Source: Synechocystis sp. PCC 6803 substr. PCC-P
GTDB taxonomy: Bacteria; Cyanobacteriota; Cyanobacteriia; Cyanobacteriales; Microcystaceae
Assembly (NCBI RefSeq): GCF_000284455.1
Contig: NC_017039.1
Coordinates: 3,270,001 to 3,302,000, forward strand
DNA length: 32,000 nt
Reading direction: 5' to 3'
The notes under the pieces are model-generated. The model was not told where the DNA came from. It searched no databases and saw only the letters and a program-made list of their open reading frames with translations. Positions 9,781-18,923 of the stretch are shown here, in pieces. Within the stretch, counting starts at the first letter, position 1; each line of letters starts with the position of its first letter. The position numbers and the translations under genes were made by a program.

Positions 9781-10134
9781 ATGCCTAATCCAGCCATAGG
9801 CCTCGCCCAACAATTTGGGGACTACCTCGCCCAGGGTGATTATGCTAAGGCCCACGGGCTACTGTGCTCTGCACTCCAACGCCAGTATTCACCCTCCACT
9901 CTGCGGGCCGATGTGGAAACCATGATTTACTATGGTTCTGGCCCCATCCAGAGGGCGATCGCCATGGCAGACTGCCTCCTCACCGACTGGCAATATCCCC
10001 CCATGGAAGCTAATGATCTAGCCTGGGTCTATGTTTCCCTGGAAGGGGAAGATTTTCTCGAAGCGGTGTCGGTTATCGTTCAGCAAGAGGGGAAAAAACT
10101 GGCAATTCGCTGGCTAGAATGGGGCCGACCCTGA
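9781..10134 (+). CDS. Conserved hypothetical small protein downstream of murB
   Basis: 117 aa ORF with ATG start, same strand, 21 bp after murB. Confidence 0.55.
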   Translation: MPNPAIGLAQQFGDYLAQGDYAKAHGLLCSALQRQYSPSTLRADVETMIYYGSGPIQRAIAMADCLLTDWQYPPMEANDLAWVYVSLEGEDFLEAVSVIVQQEGKKLAIRWLEWGRP

Positions 10135-10268
10135 CTTTTTTCCTGGCTGATCTCGACAGAGGGTTTTGCTGGGGTAGATTTTTGTTATGGAAAACCGTCC
10201 CCCCTAAAATCCCTAGGTCTTGAAAGAGGGAGATTTATGGGGTCATCGTTGCTTAAAACCAATCAAAC

Positions 10269-10739
10269 CTAGCTCATTTGAGATTGCAAATAATTTTGGA
10301 GACCAATTTTTTCAATCAGCCCCAACTGTTTTTCTAACCAATAGGCATGGTCTTCTTCCGTATCGGCTAGGATTTTCAGCAATAGGTCCCGGCTTTGATA
10401 GTCTTGCTCCTGTTCACACACGGCCATTGCTTCCTTCAGGTTGGCAATGACTTCATACTCATAGTCCAGGTCGTATTGCAACATTTCCGGCACGGTTTTC
10501 CCCACCCGAATTGGGTCCTGTTGGGAAAGGTCGGGGGTCTCTTCCAGAAACAGGATGCGCTCAATCAACAGGCTGGCATGGGCCGTTTCGTCCTGCATTT
10601 CATGGTCGATCCGACTATAAAGCTTTTCCAGACCCCAATCTTGATACATACGGGAATGGATAAAATATTGATCCCTAGCAGCTAGCTCCCCACGCAGTAG
10701 CTTATGGAGTTGGGCGAGGACGGCGGGTTTACCTTTCAT
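10269..10739 (-). CDS. bfr: Bacterioferritin family protein (di-iron centre present, haem-ligand Met replaced)
   Basis: [66 protein letters not shown]...[28 protein letters not shown] aligns end to end with E. coli Bfr from memory. Confidence 0.93.
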   Translation of the reverse strand: MKGKPAVLAQLHKLLRGELAARDQYFIHSRMYQDWGLEKLYSRIDHEMQDETAHASLLIERILFLEETPDLSQQDPIRVGKTVPEMLQYDLDYEYEVIANLKEAMAVCEQEQDYQSRDLLLKILADTEEDHAYWLEKQLGLIEKIGLQNYLQSQMS

Positions 10740-10834
10740 AAAAAATACCTTGCAAAAATGGACAGCGGACAGAACAACCTAGGCACAAATCTACCTAGAC
10801 AATAGACAGGGCTGATCTAATTTTAGCCTCCCGA

Positions 10835-10857
10835 CTGCCCCAGGGATCGCTGGGCAG
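10835..10857. repeat. Imperfect inverted repeat CTGCCCCAG-GGATCG-CTGGGCAG
   Basis: Read directly between bfr and the 10931-11179 gene; CTGCCCCAG pairs with CTGGGCAG with one bulged C. Confidence 0.35.
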
Positions 10858-10930
10858 TAGAACAGAACTTGTTAGTAACTTTCCTGTAACTTTGAAACTA
10901 GATGATTGGGGGACTTTTCCTAATTCTTAT

Positions 10931-11179
10931 CTACAGTCGGCTACGGAGAGTGAATTCATAATCCCCACCGGGTTCCAATTGATAATCACTGCGTTCCAAA
11001 AAACGTCCCAGGGGTTCAAAAATAAGCGATCGCCCGAGGGATGGTTGCACTCGTAATTTCCCCCCCCGAAAATTCCAGTGAAATTGCCACTCATAGTCCC
11101 CAGCCCGCACTTCCCCCGCCAGAAAACCTCCAGGCCAAGAATGGGTAGTCACTCTCAGGTGGGCTTTGGTTTGAGGCAT
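10931..11179 (-). CDS. Small hypothetical protein
   Basis: MPQTKAHLRVTTHSWPGGFLAGEVRAGDYEWQFHWNFRGGKLRVQPSLGRSLIFEPLGRFLERSDYQLEPGGDYEFTLRSRL; the ATG at 11179 is preferred over 11233. It lies between other coding units with no overlap. Confidence 0.45.
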   Translation of the reverse strand: MPQTKAHLRVTTHSWPGGFLAGEVRAGDYEWQFHWNFRGGKLRVQPSLGRSLIFEPLGRFLERSDYQLEPGGDYEFTLRSRL

Positions 11180-11293
11180 AGGACGTACTGATGGACGAAG
11201 AATAGATATAGTTAAAACTGGTGGTCTATCCACGGTGAATGAAGACTACCCCAGAAAGGTTTGCCGATAATTGGCGATAGCGTAGCACAATAT

Positions 11294-11992
11294 ATGGGGA
11301 AGGTGGCTGTCAATTCCCCTGCCCACAGGCCCTTGGTTTCCACGGCTGTTTACTTGGCCCCATCAGTAAAATTTCCCCTACAAAAGAGAGGTCTTGGCAC
11401 TATTTATACTCCTCCCCTAGCCCGTCTCATTGAACAATTGCAACGGCTCCCCAGTGTGGGGCCAAAAACTGCCCAACGTCTTGCCCTGCATCTGCTTAAA
11501 CGTCCTGATGCGGAGGTGGAGAATTTGGCCCAAGCCCTCCTCGACGCAAAAAAACGGGTGGGGCAATGCCAAGTATGCTTCCATTTATCCGCTGAGCCTG
11601 TCTGTGATATTTGCCGCCATCCCCAACGGGATAACAGTGTTATCTGTGTGGTCAGTGACCCCAGGGATGTGATTGCGCTGGAAAAAACTAGGGAATTCCG
11701 GGGTAAGTACCATGTGTTGGGCGGGGTAATTTCCCCCATGGACGGCATCGGCCCGGAGCAATTGACCATTCAACCCCTATTACATCGGGTTAGTCAGCCA
11801 GAAATCAAAGAAGTAATTTTGGCTATTAGTCCTAGTGTGGAGGGGGAAACCACCACGTTATATTTGGGCAAACTCCTGCAACCTTTTACCAAGGTTACCC
11901 GCATTGCCTTTGGTTTGCCCATGGGAGGGGATTTGGAATATGCCGATGAAGTTACCCTGGCTAGGGCCTTGGAGGGACGGCGAGAATTGTAA
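11294..11992 (+). CDS. recR: Recombination protein RecR; exact start uncertain (11261 TTG, 11294 ATG or another)
   Basis: [32 protein letters not shown] helix-hairpin-helix, C4 zinc motif CQVC...CDIC, Toprim region [14 protein letters not shown], and [14 protein letters not shown]. Confidence 0.92.
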   Translation: MGKVAVNSPAHRPLVSTAVYLAPSVKFPLQKRGLGTIYTPPLARLIEQLQRLPSVGPKTAQRLALHLLKRPDAEVENLAQALLDAKKRVGQCQVCFHLSAEPVCDICRHPQRDNSVICVVSDPRDVIALEKTREFRGKYHVLGGVISPMDGIGPEQLTIQPLLHRVSQPEIKEVILAISPSVEGETTTLYLGKLLQPFTKVTRIAFGLPMGGDLEYADEVTLARALEGRREL

Positions 11993-12059
11993 AGTTTGGA
12001 CGGCGATCGCCAAAAAAAGCGCTGCGAACACAACGCTTAGGAAGATATAGACACTAAGT

Positions 12060-12079
12060 CCGGCCGTTAAACAGGCCGG
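12060..12079. terminator. Perfect 6-bp G/C inverted repeat CCGGCC-N8-GGCCGG between two convergent genes, terminator-like but without a strong U-tract
   Basis: ccggcc gttaaaca ggccgg read directly at 12060-12079, between recR (+) and the 12110-12673 (-) gene. Confidence 0.4.
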
Positions 12080-12109
12080 TAGATTAAGTTCATTACGTAA
12101 CCTGACAGC

Positions 12110-12673
12110 TTACCAAAGACCACGGATGGGCATGGGGGCGGGGGCCGGAGCAGGAGCCACGGGGGCAGGGGCAGACCGAGTTACGGGGGGCAAGGACACG
12201 GGCTCAGAGGATTGGAAGTTAATTTCAGAAATGGTAACGTCTTGAACTTCTTTGAGATCCAAACGGGTCAACCAAGTGGGGTGGGCCGCAGAATAGAAGT
12301 CAGTGCGGATATAGTTACCATTGTCATCAAAGACGGGCTGGAGCAAAACATCATCACCGGGTTCAGCGGCACCGGCACCATCCCAGTGGTAGATGCGGCT
12401 ATTGTCGCTTACCTCAATGTAACCGGGGAAATCACCGTAGGGTAACAGTTCAACCTGGATGATACTGCCAACCTTGCCCCGTACCCGACCGATCGCCAGA
12501 CCGTCGAAGCTCATTTGCTCAGGGTCGGGAAGATACATGTCATGGCCAGGAAGCTGGCTCAATAAAATGTTACCCTTAGTTTGAAAAGGCTCAGCCTGGG
12601 CGGGGGTTGTAAAACCTAAGGCCGCAGCAGCAAGCACAACTCCAGAGAGGATCTGAACAGATTTGTTTAACAC
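12110..12673 (-). CDS. Hypothetical exported protein with Pro/Ala-rich tail
   Basis: Signal peptide MLNKSVQILSGVVLAAAALGFTTPAQA; C-terminus SAPAPVAPAPAPAPMPIRGLW. Confidence 0.65.
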   Translation of the reverse strand: MLNKSVQILSGVVLAAAALGFTTPAQAEPFQTKGNILLSQLPGHDMYLPDPEQMSFDGLAIGRVRGKVGSIIQVELLPYGDFPGYIEVSDNSRIYHWDGAGAAEPGDDVLLQPVFDDNGNYIRTDFYSAAHPTWLTRLDLKEVQDVTISEINFQSSEPVSLPPVTRSAPAPVAPAPAPAPMPIRGLW

Positions 12674-12877
12674 GATAACCTCGCTTGTGAATCACGAAAA
12701 TCAATTTTTAGCTGGGGCCAAAGTCTGGACCCCGACGCTAAAAGTATAATATAGTTCCTCGGAGACAGGGAAGATTTGTGCCCATCCCTTAAAACTTTTT
12801 TACCTACTGCGGAGCTGGCTAATCCACTAGCCCTGGCCCTGGGGACTAACATCCAGGGCGAGGAATTGTTATGACAA

Positions 12878-14995
12878 TTAAAGTGTTTCCGCCAAGCTAT
12901 AGGGTCTGGTGAGTTGTTGCAGTTGTCGTACCAGAAGACTGAGGAATAACCCCACATCGGTGACCACCCCCACGGATTCCACTGAACCACGATCGCTCAG
13001 TTTGGTAACCACAGCGGGGTTAATGTCCACACAGACCATTTTTACGCCGGAAGGAGTCATATTGCCGACGCCAATGGAGTGCAACATGCTGGACAGCATC
13101 AGAATCATATCTGCTCCCTGAATTAACTCACTGTAACGGCTCTGAGCCCGAACTAGGTTCATTTCCGTGTCGGGCAGGGGGCCGTCATCCCGGATGGAAC
13201 CAGCTAGGCAATAGGGGATGTTATTTTTTACGCATTCGTACATAACCCCTTTGCTGATAAATCCAGCTTCCACCGCCTGGCGGATCCCACCGTAGCGCCG
13301 CACACTGTTAATAATTTTCAGATGGTGACGGTGCCCCCCCCGCACTGGGATGCCCCGTTGCATATCTACCCCCAGGGAAGTACCCATGGTGGCCTGTTCA
13401 ATGTCATGGACGGCGATCGCATTGCCCCCCAGTAGGGCATGGACATAGCCCTCCCGCACCAGATGGGAAAGGTGTTGGGCTCCTCCAGTATGGATCACCA
13501 CAGGTCCTGCGGTAACAACAATTTTGCCTCCCTGGTCCCGGATTTGTCGCATTTCCCAGGCAATTTGTTCCACCAAAAGTTCTACCCGACGCTCGCTGGA
13601 AACCCCCGCTGCCATGAAGGCAAATTCCTTATTTTCTTTGCGGGTTCCGCCTTCATGGGATTCCACTTTTTTGATGGTACGAATACCTTCGACTCCCACC
13701 ATGACTCGATCGCCGACCTGGAGATCCCGGAGGAGCACACAGCGGGCCGAAGGGGGATTGCTGGTGACCACAATGGCCGCATCCATCCGTTGTCCTGTCA
13801 CCTGGACCCATTCGCAATTAACCCGCACCTCTGTGGGGTAAATGGTGCTGACATAGAAATCATCGGGAGCTACCCCCCCTTGGGTCACCGTTTCGGTGTT
13901 GATATCACAGAGTTCCTGGGGAGGGGGCACTGCGCCGAGATCAATCAGCTCGGTCATGATCTCTTCCATAATTTGGTGGGAGGGGGCCGAAACCCTTACC
14001 TCTGCGCTGGAAGTACTGTTGCGCTCCACCCCTAAATTGAAGTTCAGCACCCGGAAACTACCGCTGTTTTCCACCACCAAATCCAGGGCTTGGTTCAGAA
14101 TACCGGCATCGAGTAGATGACCCTCCATGCGAATCACCCGACTTTCAATGGAAACGGTGGCATGGACATCTGGCAAAATGGGCTCCGTTACCCGCAGGGT
14201 TAGACATTTGGCCGCTCCCCCCGCTTTCAAAAATTCCGTCAGGGGAGTTTCCCGCACCTTAAAGCCCGCCTCAGCTAATTTTTCCTTCAGGGTTCGACTC
14301 ACCAAATTCATAATGATGATGTCGTTAACATTGACCGCATTGCAGGCAAAATTAACCGCATCCAGTTCCTCGACAATAATCCTTTTTTCCGGCGGAATCC
14401 GCATTTCAATTACCCGGTTGGAATAGGCGTCAAACGCAGGGGGATAGTAGAGTAAATAGCCACCACTCAGGGGGCAAAAACAGGTATCGAGGTGATAGAA
14501 GCGCTCATCAATTAACCGCAGGGAGACTACTTCTGTATCTAGCCATTTGGCAATGTAGGGATGGGAATCTAGTTCGGAACGGAAACCATAGCCGGCCCAC
14601 AACCAACGGCCTTCCCGGTCAAACAGGGCATCCCCGGCCCCTTCAAAGGGTAAATCCTGGGGCAGTTCGTAAACGGTGAAACCATTTTCCTCAAACCAAG
14701 CTTTGAAATAGGGTTCTTCCCCCTGGCGTTCTTTGTGGTAGAAGCGACTCAGTACGACATTTTCCCCTAGCACCAGCCCCGCATTGGCGGTAAAGACCAT
14801 ATCAGGCCAACCCTTTGCCGGCTTCACCAAGTCCACGATGGCGCATTCTTTGATGGTCTGGTGTAGTTTTTTCCATTGCTCTACGGCCCGCTCCTGGGAG
14901 GATTTGTGGATATTGCCCTCCATCCAAGGATTAATTACATAGTCCACGTCGTAGTGGTCGGGGGGGCACATCAAAATGCGAATATCGTCAGCCAT
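12878..14995 (-). CDS. argZ: Arginine dihydrolase/ornithine cyclodeaminase-type fusion (ArgZ/AgrE type): N-terminal guanidine-modifying-enzyme fold plus C-terminal LOR/SDH-type domain
   Basis: MADDIRILMCPPDHYDVDYVINPWMEGNIHKSS, HLDTCFCPLSGG, and KCLTLRVTEP in the N-terminal half. VEVRVSAPSHQIMEEIMTELIDLGA, TGQRMDAAIVV, and GGIRQAVEAGFISKGVMYEC in the C-terminal half. About 705 aa from the ATG at 14995. Confidence 0.88.
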   Translation of the reverse strand: MADDIRILMCPPDHYDVDYVINPWMEGNIHKSSQERAVEQWKKLHQTIKECAIVDLVKPAKGWPDMVFTANAGLVLGENVVLSRFYHKERQGEEPYFKAWFEENGFTVYELPQDLPFEGAGDALFDREGRWLWAGYGFRSELDSHPYIAKWLDTEVVSLRLIDERFYHLDTCFCPLSGGYLLYYPPAFDAYSNRVIEMRIPPEKRIIVEELDAVNFACNAVNVNDIIIMNLVSRTLKEKLAEAGFKVRETPLTEFLKAGGAAKCLTLRVTEPILPDVHATVSIESRVIRMEGHLLDAGILNQALDLVVENSGSFRVLNFNLGVERNSTSSAEVRVSAPSHQIMEEIMTELIDLGAVPPPQELCDINTETVTQGGVAPDDFYVSTIYPTEVRVNCEWVQVTGQRMDAAIVVTSNPPSARCVLLRDLQVGDRVMVGVEGIRTIKKVESHEGGTRKENKEFAFMAAGVSSERRVELLVEQIAWEMRQIRDQGGKIVVTAGPVVIHTGGAQHLSHLVREGYVHALLGGNAIAVHDIEQATMGTSLGVDMQRGIPVRGGHRHHLKIINSVRRYGGIRQAVEAGFISKGVMYECVKNNIPYCLAGSIRDDGPLPDTEMNLVRAQSRYSELIQGADMILMLSSMLHSIGVGNMTPSGVKMVCVDINPAVVTKLSDRGSVESVGVVTDVGLFLSLLVRQLQQLTRPYSLAETL

Positions 14996-15180
14996 GGTTG
15001 AAGAAGAAGTAAAAAAGTTGGTTTGCAAGTATATCTAGAGACAAATCCTGGTCGGGATAGGGTAGTCAAGTAGCTTTCCAGGCAGGCGTAATCCAACCTT
15101 CCAGTCTATCACGGTATCCCTGTTGAAACTTTGTCCCTGGGCCCATACCATGGGGACAATGTTTTTTGTTGGGAGCCCCC

Positions 15181-17091
15181 ATGGCGATCGCCAATTCCCG
15201 TTTTCGTCCCTGGCAGGTGGGTATTTTAATTTTGCCCATTGCCGGGGTAATAAGCTTTTTGCTGGTGGCGGCCAGTTGGCAAATTAATGCTTGGCATTTG
15301 AACTGGATTTGGGCAGTGGTGGTGCTAATTTTCCTGGGCTGGCGTTGGTTGCTAGTGCGGTGGACCGCTCCCTTAGCGGCTCCCAATGGACAAACATCTT
15401 TCCCTACCATTTCCCTGGGAGAGTCCACGGCGGACGTTAACGTTGGGAAAATTGAGCAGGCGTTAAACGAGATTCTCCAGGCTTCCCGTCAAGATGTGCC
15501 AGCGTGGCAGGATTGGCCCCTATTTTGGCAGAGATGTCAGCAGGTGGTGACGTTAGTGGCCCAGACCTATTACCCAGAAGTGAAATATCCCCTACTCAAC
15601 ATCTACGTACCGGATGCCTATGGTTTAATCCGGGGCACAGTGGATGATATGGACCGCTGGGTTGCCAACCTTTCCCCCACCCTCAACCAAGTTTCACTAG
15701 CTCGGGTGTATCAATCCTACGAAGTTTATCAAAAGCTGGAACCATCCCTAAGGAAAATTTGGCAGGTGTGGTATTGGGGGCAATGGCTGCTCAATCCGGT
15801 GGCGGCGGCGGCTCGGTTAGCTAGTCAGCAAAGTAATCAGCAAGCGACTCAGCAATTGTTGGTTAATTTGAGTCAACAGTTACGGGAAGCAACCCTGCGT
15901 ACCCTCTGTCGCCAGGCGATCGCCTTGTACAATCCGGCCAGCGGTAATTTGCCGGACAATTTTGCTAGCGGGGGAAACTCCATCCCAGGGCTAGTTAAGG
16001 CTAAAAGCCAGACTTTGCAGAATATTTTGGCCCAGGGGCAATCCCCCCAGGAAGTGGAGCAACAGCCGGTCAATGTTTTATTGGTAGGGCGCACTGGGGC
16101 GGGGAAAAGTAGCTTGATTAATGCCCTTTTTCAAACCAATTTGGCGGTGACGGATTTACTGCCCAGCACCACGGAAATTACCAAGTATGAATGGCGCACC
16201 AGGGATGGAGAAATGCTCATGCTTTGGGACAGTCCTGGTTATGAGCAGGGGCAACGGAAGGATTTGCGGCAACTGGTGTTGGACTATGCCCAACGGGCCG
16301 ACGTAATTTTATTGCTCAATCCCGCTTTAGATCCGGCTTTGCAGATGGATGCGGACTTTGTGCGGGATCTCCAAACCCTGGGGGGCGATCGCCCTTTAAT
16401 TCTTTTGGTAACCCAGGTGGACCGACTGCGCCCTGTGCGACAATGGCAACCCCCCTACAATTGGCGATCGGGGGAACAAGCCAAGGAAAAATCCATCCGG
16501 GAAGCGGTGCAGTATCGGGTAGAGCAATTAGGGCAGTATTGTGAACAAGTTTTGCCCGTTGTGAGTGGGGATGAAGCGGTGGGGCGATCGCCTTGGGGCC
16601 TAGAAGAACTTTCCGTCGCCCTAGTAACTGTGGTTAGCCCGGCCCAACAACAAAGGCTAGCCCGCTTTTTACGCAATCTGGAGGCCCGTTCCCTGGCCGC
16701 GGCCCAAATCATTGACCGTTATGCTCTGCAAATGACCACTACCCAAGGGGTGACGGCCTTGTTAAAAAGTCCGGTGTTGCAATTTGTTTCTAGCTTGACC
16801 ACCGGTTCTCCGGCCCTAGCCTATCTACTAGCGGAGCAAATTCCCATTGAGCAATTGCCCCTAGTGTTGGGGAAGCTCCAATTGGCCTATGACCTATTTA
16901 ATTTATTGGCGGCGGATAACGACGATACCAGTTTTGATCTACTCACTCTCTGGCCCCTATTGCTGGACAATCCAGTGTCCCCCGATCGCAATGCCTGGGC
17001 CTTTGGCCATGCCCTGTTGGAATATTGGACGCAAAATTTGACGGTGGAGCAGTTGGGAGTCAGATTTCGCCATTATTGTGAGCTAAGCTGA
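15181..17091 (+). CDS. Membrane-associated GTP-binding protein (Era/dynamin-like GTPase superfamily)
   Basis: Two N-terminal hydrophobic segments, P-loop LLVGRTGAGKSSLINAL, DSPGYEQ (G3-like), and TQVD (G4-like). Confidence 0.85.
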   Translation: MAIANSRFRPWQVGILILPIAGVISFLLVAASWQINAWHLNWIWAVVVLIFLGWRWLLVRWTAPLAAPNGQTSFPTISLGESTADVNVGKIEQALNEILQASRQDVPAWQDWPLFWQRCQQVVTLVAQTYYPEVKYPLLNIYVPDAYGLIRGTVDDMDRWVANLSPTLNQVSLARVYQSYEVYQKLEPSLRKIWQVWYWGQWLLNPVAAAARLASQQSNQQATQQLLVNLSQQLREATLRTLCRQAIALYNPASGNLPDNFASGGNSIPGLVKAKSQTLQNILAQGQSPQEVEQQPVNVLLVGRTGAGKSSLINALFQTNLAVTDLLPSTTEITKYEWRTRDGEMLMLWDSPGYEQGQRKDLRQLVLDYAQRADVILLLNPALDPALQMDADFVRDLQTLGGDRPLILLVTQVDRLRPVRQWQPPYNWRSGEQAKEKSIREAVQYRVEQLGQYCEQVLPVVSGDEAVGRSPWGLEELSVALVTVVSPAQQQRLARFLRNLEARSLAAAQIIDRYALQMTTTQGVTALLKSPVLQFVSSLTTGSPALAYLLAEQIPIEQLPLVLGKLQLAYDLFNLLAADNDDTSFDLLTLWPLLLDNPVSPDRNAWAFGHALLEYWTQNLTVEQLGVRFRHYCELS

Positions 17092-18612
17092 TTGGTTGAT
17101 TAACGGTGAAAGATTAGGCTGACTATGGTTGATATTGGCTTGGGGCGACATTTTAGGCCATTGCACCCAGTAACGGTAACCCCGCTGGGCACTGCCCTGT
17201 AGCGCAATCTGCCCCTGATGACTTTTGATGAAATAAAAACTGAGGGTTAAAGCCAAAATTTGTCGGCAATGGTGACCCTGACTTTCTTGGTTATGGCCCT
17301 GAAGTTTCAGAGCTAAGTACTCCAAGGTCAACTGGATATTTACTTCTGCTTGGTTGGCTTCCCCTTCTGTGAGTAAATCCTGTAGGAGCACATGGGGCAA
17401 ACCCTGGCCCTGGGGAGAATCAACCCAAACAGTTAAGTGCAAATAGTCTTGGTCAGCGGAGGTGTGAATGTGTAACGTGCCATCTGTTACCCCCTCATCC
17501 AACAAACTAAGCAATAGGTAATATATTCCCTGTCTGGCCTTAACTTTGTCTAGGGGCCAATATTTCAGCCCCGATTCTAGGGAAAGTTTGAGGGCAAGCC
17601 GTTGTTGACCGAGTACTGCGGCCATTTTATCCTGCCAATACTCCCCCAGTAGGGCCAAATTGACATTGACAATTTGTAAGCCCTGGCGAACGGGTTTAAT
17701 CTGCTCCAGTTCAATAATTTCCTCAATGGCTTGGTTAACCCGTTGGCCACTCTGGTGAATAATTTCTAGATACTGTTTTTGTTTGTCATTCAGCTTGCCA
17801 AAAACCTCATCCCTTAAAACACTGGCCATACCGATCACGGCTGTGAGGTCCCGCTGGGTACGGATTAGGTAATGGGGCACCAATTGCAGTTTGACTGCCT
17901 CTGGAGAATGGGCCGATCGCCCTGATGTCTGTGGTTTATTCAAGTTGTTACCGTTGGCAGAAAAAGCACTATTCTCCCCCCCGGCGATCGAACTTAACCG
18001 GACATTAACATTATTGAAATTGCGGTCAGGTTGCCCCTGGTTAGCGGCGAGACAAGCTTGGTGTTCAATTTCCCCCATGCACCAACGGGCAGTCATATTC
18101 ATTAGGGCCACATCTGGCTCCCTAAAATCATGGGGAGAAAAGTCTAGGGCCGCCAAGGTTCCGAGACACACACCATCCCTGGTTAGCAGGGGAGTGCCCA
18201 GGTAAGACCTAATACCATAACGCTGGTACAATTCCCCCTCAGCAAAAAATGGTTCCGCCAGAGCATCGGTAATCATTAGTGGCATGGCACTATCCACCAC
18301 CAGGGTACAGTAAGCATCGTTGCGACTGATCTGCCGGGAAACCAAATTAGGGTTACCCACACCCAATCTATAGATACCTACTGCAGATACAATATTTATT
18401 TCATCTTCCACCATCAAACCCACTAAACAAATAGGTAGTCCCAGATTCCTAGCTAAGGTTTGGGTAGCCTCCTCGAAGAAAGTGCTGTTTCTATTGGTTA
18501 ACAAACCTAATTCCAACAGTTTATTTTGCCTCTGTGCATCTTTTTCTCGCTTCGATAAGCCGTCAAGGGCACAACTCAAGCCGAAACTGTAACCATGTTG
18601 ATTGACAAACAT
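17083..18612 (-). CDS. GAF-domain sensor histidine-kinase-like protein with degenerate H-box
   Basis: GAF-like region (residues ~35-190), HisKA-like helix LTAVIGMASVLRDEVFGKLNDKQKQYLEIIHQSGQRVNQAIEEIIELEQI, and an ATPase-like tail. Confidence 0.78.
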   Translation of the reverse strand: MFVNQHGYSFGLSCALDGLSKREKDAQRQNKLLELGLLTNRNSTFFEEATQTLARNLGLPICLVGLMVEDEINIVSAVGIYRLGVGNPNLVSRQISRNDAYCTLVVDSAMPLMITDALAEPFFAEGELYQRYGIRSYLGTPLLTRDGVCLGTLAALDFSPHDFREPDVALMNMTARWCMGEIEHQACLAANQGQPDRNFNNVNVRLSSIAGGENSAFSANGNNLNKPQTSGRSAHSPEAVKLQLVPHYLIRTQRDLTAVIGMASVLRDEVFGKLNDKQKQYLEIIHQSGQRVNQAIEEIIELEQIKPVRQGLQIVNVNLALLGEYWQDKMAAVLGQQRLALKLSLESGLKYWPLDKVKARQGIYYLLLSLLDEGVTDGTLHIHTSADQDYLHLTVWVDSPQGQGLPHVLLQDLLTEGEANQAEVNIQLTLEYLALKLQGHNQESQGHHCRQILALTLSFYFIKSHQGQIALQGSAQRGYRYWVQWPKMSPQANINHSQPNLSPLINQSA

Positions 18613-18923
18613 ATTAAGATTTTCGTACCCAGTATGTTTTTAGAACCTATTTCCTATATCTAGGATGCTCTGTCTACAGGAGGATGACAACCCCCCCCAG
18701 TAAAACTTTAGAAAAAATTTTAGGTAGGCTAGGACAAGACAACCGGGGATAAATCTTAAATCTATTTCTGAGAAGGTTTCAGTGACTGTTGGTTCTAACC
18801 GTCTCGATCTTCGCTATGGGAATCGTTATAGGATGGTTGGGGAAAAATCCCCATTCCCCATTAATTACAGTGGTGATTTTAGTCAGAAACCTTTGGCCAT
18901 AGAGGGTAGAATTGCTAAATTTG

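Noticed and set aside
10220-10450. 76-aa + ORF overlapping the bfr 3' end
   Set aside because: It is mostly antisense to bacterioferritin and there is no independent support.
10835-10857. Inverted repeat upstream of bfr considered as a Fur box or riboregulator
   Set aside because: It is not similar to the Fur consensus and is GC-rich with a bulge; kept only as a low-confidence repeat feature.
11404-11769. 121-aa ORF overlapping recR antisense
   Set aside because: It is antisense to RecR, which is intact with its zinc and Toprim motifs.
13439-14035. 198-aa ORF on + strand inside argZ
   Set aside because: It is fully antisense to a strong, motif-supported coding sequence and its translation has no recognisable domain; typical shadow ORF.
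12878-14995. Possibility that the argZ-like protein is two fused, frameshifted genes
   Set aside because: The reading frame is continuous for about 705 codons and matches the known two-domain architecture.
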